From positions 1-60,016 of the IMG/VR virus record IMGVR_UViG_3300045767_000001: a stretch of 60,016 nucleotides of DNA, one strand, 5' to 3'. Of this stretch, positions 36,794 through 44,683 are shown piece by piece. Below the pieces are notes generated by a model. The model was not told the DNA's origin, ran no database searches, and saw only the letters and a list, made by a program, of their open reading frames with translations. This DNA is from a virus (taxonomy: Duplodnaviria; Caudoviricetes). Position 1 is the first letter of the stretch; every line of letters begins with the position of its first letter. The position numbers and the translations under genes were made by a program.

Positions 36794-38125
36794 TTATGAG
36801 GTCGGCCCCCCATCTGCGTTCGGCTTGCCTGTCGGGGTACCTGGAGCATTGATTGAGCCCGGCAACGCGCTCTCCGCTCCGCCTTCTGGGCTCGCGAGGA
36901 AGTCCGCGTGCGCCGAGGCGACCGGAGCGAAGATGCTGTCCGCGCCCTCCTCGTCGCTCTTGGGTAGCCCGAGAAGCTCGAGGCCCGCGTTCGGAGAGAG
37001 CACCGATGCCTGGCGGAGCATCGAGACGAACTGGCCGCGCATCTGGTCGTTCGTCTCGAACAGTTCCTTGACGCGGCGCACAACGTAGTAGCCAGCCGGC
37101 AGAAGGTGGGTATCCGCGCGGTCAAGGCGCCCGGTGTAGCCTTTTAGTGCGAAGACCGCGAAGCCCATGATGATTTCCTGAAGGCCCTTGCCCCACACGC
37201 CACCCTGGTCTGGTGTGTCACCGACGAGGAACCCCGGCACGCCGTAGAAGCCGGTGATCTCGCCGCGGCTGAACGACCGGGACTGTAGGAGCTGCGCGGT
37301 CTCCGGGTTGATGCTGATCTGCTGCCATTTGGCTGCGGCGTCCAGCACGATCGGCGTGTGGGCCTGGGCGAGGCCGCCGTGCTTGGTGAACAGCTCGTCC
37401 TGCACCCGTTTGGAGTCCTCGGGCCGCAGCGGCTTTTCGATCGAGAGGATCCCCGAGGGGTGCATCGCCTGGGGGTAGAAGCGGTCGGAGTACTCAGCGG
37501 CGGCCAGGGCGTTGCCGAAGCCGTGGACGCCGATCTCGATCGGGTTCAGGCCGACGAGGCCGCCGCCGAGCGCGATCCACGGCGTGTGGATGATGTCGGA
37601 CGCCGGGATTTCCCGGCCTACCGCACCGACTTTGTAGACCTTGCGCCCTTCGCTTTCTTCGACCTTCATGATCGCCGGGTTCACCACCTCGACGACGTCG
37701 GGGTTCCCTAGGCCCTTTCCGCCCGCGCGATCGACGACATGGGTAATCATGTTGCCGTTCAAGCCGAGTGACGCGACCCGGCGGAAGTCGCCGTCCTCAC
37801 GGTCCATGTCCGCGTACGGATCGACGATGACGTCCGGGGGATCGACCTCCTTGTCTTCCGGGGAGCGGCGGTTGCCGACCATCCGGTAGACGTGGGGCTC
37901 AAGGCCCGCAGACGTGTCTCCCAGGATGCGGATGCAGGACGAGACGACCATCAGCGAGAGCACCGTGCGCTCGCTGACCGTGACGCCGGCCGTCGAACTG
38001 TTGTAGGCGCTTGGTGGCGGTATGGCCGCCGGGTCGCCGATCCAGCCGCCCCAGCCGCCTTGACCGATCGGCCAGCCGCGCTGCTGCTGCATCTGGCGCT
38101 GCGCGCGGCGCGCAAGGACGGTCAC
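36794..38125 (-). CDS. Portal protein (HK97 family)
   Basis: V.SC.RIL, L.GN, GLNPI, PSGIL and FYGVP motifs; GTG start 38125. Confidence 0.9.
   Translation of the reverse strand: MTVLARRAQRQMQQQRGWPIGQGGWGGWIGDPAAIPPPSAYNSSTAGVTVSERTVLSLMVVSSCIRILGDTSAGLEPHVYRMVGNRRSPEDKEVDPPDVIVDPYADMDREDGDFRRVASLGLNGNMITHVVDRAGGKGLGNPDVVEVVNPAIMKVEESEGRKVYKVGAVGREIPASDIIHTPWIALGGGLVGLNPIEIGVHGFGNALAAAEYSDRFYPQAMHPSGILSIEKPLRPEDSKRVQDELFTKHGGLAQAHTPIVLDAAAKWQQISINPETAQLLQSRSFSRGEITGFYGVPGFLVGDTPDQGGVWGKGLQEIIMGFAVFALKGYTGRLDRADTHLLPAGYYVVRRVKELFETNDQMRGQFVSMLRQASVLSPNAGLELLGLPKSDEEGADSIFAPVASAHADFLASPEGGAESALPGSINAPGTPTGKPNADGGPTS
38073..38125 (-). repeat. 53-bp direct repeat, copy 1 (portal 5' end)
   Basis: Identical to 38677..38729. 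Confidence 0.95.
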
Positions 38126-38613
38126 GGCAGCGGTGCACCGGCCGCCGCAGTCCAGCCGACCGGCTCTACGTCGTCGATGTCCTCCGTGCGGTCGTTGACG
38201 CCGAACAGCAGCTCGCGCGCGGTTCGGTGCCGCCGTCGCTCGGCGGCGACCCGCTTGGCTTTCGCGCGCGAGTCGTCGTCCCACTCGCCATAGATGACGC
38301 CCTCGGGGTCATCGCGGCAGTCCCGGACACCGGATATGAAGCAGTCGCCGGGGTTGTACTCGCGCGCTCCGTCGAGCGCGTTGAGGATCTTCTCGCGCAG
38401 ATCCCGCTCGACAGGCTCGCCGGCGAGGAGTGCTCGGAGCGCCGCGACGCCGGACGCCGGAATGCCGATCCAAGCGTAGGGGAACTCGTACTCGTCGTGG
38501 TCCGTGAAGGTCGTCATCTTCAGCGCTAGCCCGTGCGGGTGGAAGAACTGACGGTTGGCCTCTTGGAGGAAGCCGATCTCTTTCAGCTCACGCGGCTCGA
38601 TGTACTTCGCCAT
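38122..38613 (-). CDS. Hypothetical phage protein inserted between the portal-start repeats
   Basis: GFLQEANRQFFHPHGLAL...DCRDDPEG; GGAGG RBS. Confidence 0.7.
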   Translation of the reverse strand: MAKYIEPRELKEIGFLQEANRQFFHPHGLALKMTTFTDHDEYEFPYAWIGIPASGVAALRALLAGEPVERDLREKILNALDGAREYNPGDCFISGVRDCRDDPEGVIYGEWDDDSRAKAKRVAAERRRHRTARELLFGVNDRTEDIDDVEPVGWTAAAGAPLP

Positions 38614-38676
38614 CTGTGCCTCCCTCTGCATCGGTCGCCCATGTAGCCGCCCCGGCCTCCCTGGCTGATGCAGATG

Positions 38677-38729
38677 CAGCCGCGCTGCTGCTGCATCTGG
38701 CGCTGCGCGCGGCGCGCAAGGACGGTCAC
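38677..38729 (-). repeat. 53-bp direct repeat, copy 2 (starts a 48-aa portal-N mini-ORF ending 38583)
   Basis: Identical to 38073..38125. Confidence 0.95.
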
Positions 38730-38751
38730 TTCTTGCGCTTCTTCTATCGGC

Positions 38752-39069
38752 TCATCGCCCCTCCTCGCCGACCATCGGGCTGGCGCGCTCGGGCCTCACC
38801 GCCCCGCGCGCCGCTCGCCGCCGGACGAGCCGCATCTGGATCGCCTGCCGGCGTTCCTCACGCCAGGTCGGCAGGTCGGGCTTGCGCGGCAACGGCACCC
38901 GCCAGACATGCCCGTCGTAGATCAGCTCGGCGGCGAGGATCAGCAGCACCGCGGCGAGGATCAACGCCCACTTGAAGCCTACGAGCTGATCGACTCCGTA
39001 CACTCCGCAGGCGCCGCCGAGCAGCTCCAGCAGGTTGCCGACGTTGAGCACCACACGGGTCCGTTGCAT
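38752..39069 (-). CDS. Small membrane protein between terminase and portal
   Basis: Two TM helices and a basic tail. Confidence 0.65.
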   Translation of the reverse strand: MQRTRVVLNVGNLLELLGGACGVYGVDQLVGFKWALILAAVLLILAAELIYDGHVWRVPLPRKPDLPTWREERRQAIQMRLVRRRAARGAVRPERASPMVGEEGR

Positions 39070-39073
39070 GCGG

Positions 39074-40747
39074 TCACGCCTCCGGTTTGTGGGTCGGGCA
39101 GCTCCCCTGCGAACACGCGAAACAGGCGGTGTACTGCTCCTGCTCAATCACCTGCGGCACCTGTTGTTCGATCGACTCCCCTGGGGCTGGCTGGCTGTCG
39201 GACGCGAACAGCACGGTCGCGTACTCGCTCTCAGCGTTCTGTGCGGCCCAGAGCGCGAGGGACATCGAGACGAGCGGCGAGATGTCAGGACTCGTACTGG
39301 ACTTGCGCGACCACTTCCACCGCTCACCCATGATCTGCGGACGGGCACCGGCCAGAGCATCGTCGAGGTCGGGCTGGGGTGCCGGGTATCGGAAGTTGCC
39401 CTCGAGTACGGTCGCGAGGAAGTCGGCGCACGCGTCTCCGTACTCGCGGGTGGACACTTCGATGGGGTCGATCCCAGCCTCGCGGAGATCACCGATCAGG
39501 TTCGACGCGGGCCCGCGAGGGTCGACGACGAACCGGGCATCGGGATCATCTCCCCGAACTTCGACGCAACGGCCCACGATCCACGCCTTCGTGCGTGCGT
39601 GCTGGACCACCGATCCCTGCCACAGCCCGTCGGGTCGTTCTCCGGCAACGCTGAGCGACCCCCACGTCTGATCGGTGTTCGTGTCCACCGCATACGCGCG
39701 GCAGGCGACAATCCCAACCTCGCGGTCATGCTCGGCTAGCCCCTGCCAGAGCTCGAGCGGGACGACCCTCCCGGCGCCGTCGGTGATGTCGGGCCAGTCG
39801 CCGATCCCCATGCGCTCGGTCAGGAACTCCGCGTAGGGCATCGCGCCACGGCGCTCCGTCCGCACATGGTCGACCGCGATCCGCAAGCCGAGCCCCGGGT
39901 TCGCCTGACCCCACGCAACGGGGTCGTCGATCATCTCCGGACGCTCGGCGAACTCCTCCTCGTCAACCGACCACTCCGCGTAGAACAGCGCGGGCTCAGT
40001 GCCGCTGATCCCAAGCGCCCGGATGCGGGCAAGCTGCTCCCCGTAGGGCATCGTCTGCTGGTTGACCGCCGACCCCGTGTACCAGACCTGCGGGCCCGGC
40101 AGGAACATATGCCCCGTGCGGGCGGATACGACCGGCATCACGTCACCGACGATGGGGTCGGGGAGGTTCATCGCCTCGTCCCACGCAAGCAGATCACCCG
40201 TGAACCCGCGCCCCTGGCCGCCACTCTTGGTCCGCGCCGCGAAGATGATGCGGGAGCCGTCCTCGAACTCGATGCTCTCTTCGCCGTGCGAGTTGTGGAA
40301 GCCCGCCGGTTCTCCCAAACGCGTGGGGCCCTTTACGGCGGCGAGCATCTCCGGGCACGCCTTGATCCGCGCCTTCAGGCGACGAAAATGCTCCAGCGAT
40401 GTTTTGAACTGGTGCGCCGAATGAACAACTACGCGAGGGCCGATGTGTGGCGCGATCAAGAACACCTCAGCCAGCTCGCGGGCCTCGAGGATCGCGTTCT
40501 TGCCGTTCTGGCGTCCCACGACAAGCCCGACCTGGAACGCGGCCCACTTCCCATCGCTGCGTTCCCCGAGCGAATGCCGGAGCACCCACTGCTGCCACGG
40601 GTCGAGGTCAAGCCCCGCGATCGCCGCAAGGTCGACTGCCTCATCGCCGACCGACGACTCGTACGCCGGGACCGTGCTGATTCTAGGAGTCTGCGCCCCT
40701 GGCCACGGCCAGCTTGAGCTTCTTCGCACGGCGGTCGCTGAGGTCAT
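39074..40747 (-). CDS. terL: Terminase large subunit
   Basis: LDPWQ, GRQNGKN Walker A, GRG..GD...DEA Walker B, ANPGLG and DISPL motifs. Confidence 0.93.
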   Translation of the reverse strand: MTSATAVRRSSSWPWPGAQTPRISTVPAYESSVGDEAVDLAAIAGLDLDPWQQWVLRHSLGERSDGKWAAFQVGLVVGRQNGKNAILEARELAEVFLIAPHIGPRVVVHSAHQFKTSLEHFRRLKARIKACPEMLAAVKGPTRLGEPAGFHNSHGEESIEFEDGSRIIFAARTKSGGQGRGFTGDLLAWDEAMNLPDPIVGDVMPVVSARTGHMFLPGPQVWYTGSAVNQQTMPYGEQLARIRALGISGTEPALFYAEWSVDEEEFAERPEMIDDPVAWGQANPGLGLRIAVDHVRTERRGAMPYAEFLTERMGIGDWPDITDGAGRVVPLELWQGLAEHDREVGIVACRAYAVDTNTDQTWGSLSVAGERPDGLWQGSVVQHARTKAWIVGRCVEVRGDDPDARFVVDPRGPASNLIGDLREAGIDPIEVSTREYGDACADFLATVLEGNFRYPAPQPDLDDALAGARPQIMGERWKWSRKSSTSPDISPLVSMSLALWAAQNAESEYATVLFASDSQPAPGESIEQQVPQVIEQEQYTACFACSQGSCPTHKPEA

Positions 40748-41030
40748 CCAGCCTGGTCCTCTCTCGCTTCGCCGGCGCCATTTCCCGCAGTCGCGCCCGG
40801 GCATCCAGAAGCGCTTTCGCGCACTCGCTCGGCGAACCGCCGCCCTCATCGAGTCGGAGCGCCATCGCTAGAGCGGTTGCGGCCTCGGTCGACTGCGCGA
40901 CATCGGCCGGCATCCTCGCCAGATCGCGCTCGACCGCCGCGACCGCGCTCATATCTACGTCGGCCGTCGGCTCGCTCGCCGGTTTCGGTTTCGGCTTGCA
41001 TTTCGGCGCTCTGGCCTTCGGGGCGGCCAT
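40683..41030 (-). CDS. terS: Terminase small subunit
   Basis: A.AMA.RLD...L...L...LDDL..RR pattern typical of actinophage TerS; directly upstream of TerL. Confidence 0.7.
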   Translation of the reverse strand: MAAPKARAPKCKPKPKPASEPTADVDMSAVAAVERDLARMPADVAQSTEAATALAMALRLDEGGGSPSECAKALLDARARLREMAPAKRERTRLDDLSDRRAKKLKLAVARGADS

Positions 41031-41032
41031 GC

Positions 41033-41788
41033 TCAACCTCGGATCTTGCGTCGAGCCCGTGCCCGCCGATGGTTCGGCCTGCCCGCCGTCGCACAGTTGC
41101 ATTTCTCATGCTCGGGGCCTGCGTACCGCGAACGGTCCTGGTCCACATGCCCCAGGTGCCACGGTTCTCCCGACAGGATCAGCCGGCCACAACCGACGCG
41201 AGCGCAGACCACTCCGCCGGCCGCGACCTTCCGCGCCCACTTCTCGCGCAGCTTCTGGTGATTCGTCCCATAGCCGCGAGCCGTCGACGTGCCCTGCGAC
41301 CTCGAGCGCCCACGAACCTTCCGCTGCTGCGCCGCGACGATCGACTTACACGTCGGGCAGTACCAGTGGCGCGGCGTGATCGTCGGCGCCGAGTTACATC
41401 GTCGACATACGCGAGGCTGCCCCTGACCGTGCTTGCGCCGCGACGCCTCAAGCTTCGCATCGCGGTTCACCGCGTAGTACTGGCGACTGCGCTTCGCGTC
41501 GCACTCGAGGCACCGGCTCGCGTAGCCAGATGCCTTGCTCGCGTCCCGCACAAACGCGGCCGCTGGCTTGACCACGCGACAGATCGGACAGCGCCTCGAA
41601 GGGGCGTTTTTGGTGCCGGAGAGAGAAAAATTGGTGCTGCGCGGGTCATCGTCGTTGATATTGGGAGTACGACCTACCCCCCCTCCCCTTCTCATCGTGT
41701 GTGTGCTGGTCATAGGCACTCCTTGTTCGGGGAGTGATGGGACGGTTGGATGGTTGGATGGTGGAGACCCCATGCACCCTGCTACCAT
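41033..41788 (-). CDS. HNH endonuclease associated with packaging (start uncertain)
   Basis: ARGYG..H.KLR, CAR..CG, WHLGH and GPEH..CN motifs; N-terminal zinc fingers. Confidence 0.72.
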   Translation of the reverse strand: MVAGCMGSPPSNHPTVPSLPEQGVPMTSTHTMRRGGGVGRTPNINDDDPRSTNFSLSGTKNAPSRRCPICRVVKPAAAFVRDASKASGYASRCLECDAKRSRQYYAVNRDAKLEASRRKHGQGQPRVCRRCNSAPTITPRHWYCPTCKSIVAAQQRKVRGRSRSQGTSTARGYGTNHQKLREKWARKVAAGGVVCARVGCGRLILSGEPWHLGHVDQDRSRYAGPEHEKCNCATAGRPNHRRARARRKIRG

Positions 41789-41797
41789 CCGTTACCA

Positions 41798-42181
41798 ATG
41801 GCTATCAAGCAGATCAACCTACGGCTCGACGAGTCACTGCTGACCGCGATCGATGACATGCGAGGTCTTGTGCCCCGCAATGCCTGGATCAAAGACGCCT
41901 TGGAGCAACGCATCGGCGGCGACATGACTGTGTCTTACGAGTACACACAGGCCGCTGGACTGCCGCGCCTTCTCAGCGGAGTGTCTAGACCTGTGACCGT
42001 CGCTGACCTGAAGGGCGATTTCCTCGCCGGTCTGTCGGTCCACGCAGCAAGCCACTCTTCAGCCCACTCACACTCGGTCGAAGCCATCGGATCGGCGTCA
42101 AGCAGTCCAGTCACGCCGGGTCGTGTCTCGCCGAAGCTGCGTTCCGGCATCAAACCGCGACCGAAGGGAACGACGAAATGA
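41798..42181 (+). CDS. Ribbon-helix-helix DNA-binding protein with mosaic C-terminal tail
   Basis: KQINLRLDESLL..ID..RG...RNAWIKDAL; extended -10 TGcTACCAT upstream. Confidence 0.7.
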   Translation: MAIKQINLRLDESLLTAIDDMRGLVPRNAWIKDALEQRIGGDMTVSYEYTQAAGLPRLLSGVSRPVTVADLKGDFLAGLSVHAASHSSAHSHSVEAIGSASSSPVTPGRVSPKLRSGIKPRPKGTTK

Positions 42182-42543
42182 TCGAGATTCCGGGAGCGAT
42201 AACCACGATCAGGGTTCCGCTCGCCGCCGAGTCACATCCAGCGCAAGGCGACGCGTTCGGGACATATCACTACGCCTTCTCAGCGGAGTGTCTAGATCGC
42301 TTCGCCGAGCAGGCCGCTGGACTGCCGGTGACCGTCAACTTCAGTGGCGATCCCATCGGCAGAGTGGCCCAAGCCGAGCGTACCGGGGATGGCGTCTCCC
42401 TCGTCGTCGAGATCAAAGACGACATCGCCCAGCGCATCGCGAGCCCTGCGTTCCAAGCCATCGACGATCAGTGGAACGACGACTACACCGAGCGGCTGAT
42501 CCGCGTCGCTGACCTGAAGGGCATCGAGATGACCGATGACTAA
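42178..42543 (+). CDS. Hypothetical protein (weak prohead-protease-like pattern)
   Basis: ATGA coupling; LPV.VNF...PIGRV. Confidence 0.6.
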   Translation: MIEIPGAITTIRVPLAAESHPAQGDAFGTYHYAFSAECLDRFAEQAAGLPVTVNFSGDPIGRVAQAERTGDGVSLVVEIKDDIAQRIASPAFQAIDDQWNDDYTERLIRVADLKGIEMTDD

Positions 42544-42913
42544 GCTCGACGAACTCCGCGAGCGCTACGCATGGTTCGAGGACGAGCTACAAGCCGCACG
42601 CAAGGCCGGGAAGATCGACTCCCAACACGTCCGGTTCTTCGTCTCCGAGGTGTGGCCTATCTTGCTCGACGAGAACGATGAGCCGATCCTCAGCGAGGAC
42701 GGTGAGGTTCAGTATGACCGGGATGCGAACCCGTTCTACTTCGGCACCGCCCAGGCGTACAACTTCGTCGAAGGAACGGCGGGAATCCCCGCTGGGATGA
42801 CGCGATTCCAGCTTGAGCTACTCGACGAGACCTCGCATGACCATTTCCTGGAGTGCGTCTGTGAGGATCTGTCTCGGGAGCTAGCGAACGCGGTCTCATC
42901 CCGCGTTGGGTAG
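42536..42913 (+). CDS. Hypothetical acidic protein
   Basis: Coupled ORF, 125 aa. Confidence 0.6.
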   Translation: MTKLDELRERYAWFEDELQAARKAGKIDSQHVRFFVSEVWPILLDENDEPILSEDGEVQYDRDANPFYFGTAQAYNFVEGTAGIPAGMTRFQLELLDETSHDHFLECVCEDLSRELANAVSSRVG

Positions 42914-43010
42914 CGTGCGTCAAGCGGCCGGCGTGTAGCGCTCTCCGGCGTCGGCTTGTGGACCCGCCAGAATACGCGAAGACCAGCGCGTCGATTGGCG
43001 AATGGATCCA

Positions 43011-43280
43011 TCACCACTCCTCATCGCACAGCCACGGCGCGATCCACGTGGCAACGCGCTCGCGGAGTCGGATCGTCCGCACGCGCAGCCAGAACCGCGC
43101 ACGACGCATGCGCGGCGCAAGCGGAGGGTCAACAGCAAAGCGGTCAGACAGAAGCTGGTTCGAGATGCGAACCTCGCCAGCGGTCGTCCTCGCGATCGGG
43201 ATCTTGACCGCCATCCTCCCCTCCGGGAGGTTGTACTGCCGGAACCCGGACTCGCCGATCGGCATCATTCCGTCGTCCAT
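43011..43280 (-). CDS. Hypothetical protein
   Basis: Operon-coupled ORF. Confidence 0.5.
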   Translation of the reverse strand: MDDGMMPIGESGFRQYNLPEGRMAVKIPIARTTAGEVRISNQLLSDRFAVDPPLAPRMRRARFWLRVRTIRLRERVATWIAPWLCDEEW

Positions 43281-43283
43281 CTA

Positions 43284-43556
43284 CTACCTGCCAGGTGCGC
43301 GCGGGTCCAACGCCAGGTCCCACAGCCAGTCTCCGAACACGGACTGGACGGCCGGGTCTTCGCTGATGTGATGTGCCTCTTCAACGCGATCCTCGCCCGC
43401 CTTCTGCGAGTAGGACGTGACTGTGCCGTCACGATCCACGGAGAAGCCGGAAACGGAAGTGCAGACGGCCTGCCACTCCTCGCCGGTCTGTCGGTCCACG
43501 AACTTCCAGCCGAAGTTCATGTGTGGCTCGTCCTCGTCCTCGGTCGGCTCGCTCAT
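43284..43556 (-). CDS. Hypothetical protein
   Basis: ATGA coupling; 90 aa. Confidence 0.6.
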   Translation of the reverse strand: MSEPTEDEDEPHMNFGWKFVDRQTGEEWQAVCTSVSGFSVDRDGTVTSYSQKAGEDRVEEAHHISEDPAVQSVFGDWLWDLALDPRAPGR

Positions 43557-44332
43557 GCTGGCTCCAGAGACACGGACTCGGCGAGGGGTGCGTCCGAGGC
43601 AAGTCCCGTGGACTGGCCTGCCCCGTTAGCCTCGGGTGGCGCTTGGTCATGGGACCGTCTCGACGTGTCGAAGATACCACCACTGTCAACGGAAAGCGAT
43701 GCGGCTAGGGATTCGAGGGCTCTGCCGGTGCGTTCCAGCCTACGGCGCGACTCGACTCGCATGAGGTGGCGACGCTCCATCAGACGTTTGTGGGCCCTCT
43801 GCATAGCTATGAGCTCATTGCGCACAGGGGTCTCTCGCTGCTCTCGGGCCTTCTCGCGTGCCTGCTCGATGGCTGCGCGAGTGGGACCCATTATCGGGGC
43901 GGCCGGGTCGATGCTCATGGCTCCCGAGCTAGTGTAGTCCCGGTTGCGGCCGAGAAAAACGTCTCCGTCGTCTGCAGTGTGGTTGCCGAGCATGAACGCC
44001 ACCAGCCACTCGCCGTCCGCTTCCGCAACCGCCGTGACCGTGATCATGACCGGCTTGTACGGCTCATCGTCCTGGATCGGCTCGACCAAGCGCAGGAGGT
44101 TCAGGATCTCTTGGCGTCTCGTCGATGCTGTCATTTCGCTGCGTGCCTGGAGGTAGCGGTCTGACAGTTCGCTTTCGCTGCGCGGCTTACACGCCAGCCT
44201 GTACGCGTGACGGGGTTTGACCGGGCACGGCTTGGACTCACCGAAGATGCCTGTGCGTTTCGGCAACGTCAACGCACGATGGTTCGGAGGCCGGCGGATC
44301 TGCTCGAATACCGCGAACGGCACAGAGATCAT
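43553..44332 (-). CDS. Hypothetical protein
   Basis: 259-aa ORF in the operon. Confidence 0.6.
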   Translation of the reverse strand: MISVPFAVFEQIRRPPNHRALTLPKRTGIFGESKPCPVKPRHAYRLACKPRSESELSDRYLQARSEMTASTRRQEILNLLRLVEPIQDDEPYKPVMITVTAVAEADGEWLVAFMLGNHTADDGDVFLGRNRDYTSSGAMSIDPAAPIMGPTRAAIEQAREKAREQRETPVRNELIAMQRAHKRLMERRHLMRVESRRRLERTGRALESLAASLSVDSGGIFDTSRRSHDQAPPEANGAGQSTGLASDAPLAESVSLEPA

Positions 44333-44458
44333 CGGAGGGGCCCGCTCGCCTTCTCCGCCTTGCGTTTCTTACGCGCCTTGGCGATCCCGCGTTTCCTCGC
44401 CTGCTTAGCCTGGCGCTTGCTTAGCTTCCATTTGCTCATGTCGTCTCCCGTTGTTCGA

Positions 44459-44683
44459 TCACGCGTAGCCGGACCCATTTGCTGTGGATCGCGTCCACCG
44501 TAGATTAGGTATCCACTCCAACGCCGCTTTCATCCCCGCGTGCTCCTCGTACACCTTCCGCATGTCGTCCGGCATCTCCGCCTCGGCGTCGCCGCTCAAT
44601 AGCTGCTCAAGGTCCCTGGCGATGCCCTCCAGGGCGCCGGCGCACACCGCCGCGATCTCACGCAGATCCACCGTTGTGCTCAT
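44459..44683 (-). CDS. Hypothetical protein
   Basis: ATGA coupling to the MTase stop. Confidence 0.5.
   Translation of the reverse strand: MSTTVDLREIAAVCAGALEGIARDLEQLLSGDAEAEMPDDMRKVYEEHAGMKAALEWIPNLRWTRSTANGSGYA

Noticed and set aside
38073-38729. Diversity-generating retroelement TR/VR pair
   Set aside because: No reverse transcriptase in the genome, and the differences beyond the 53-bp identity are not adenine-specific.
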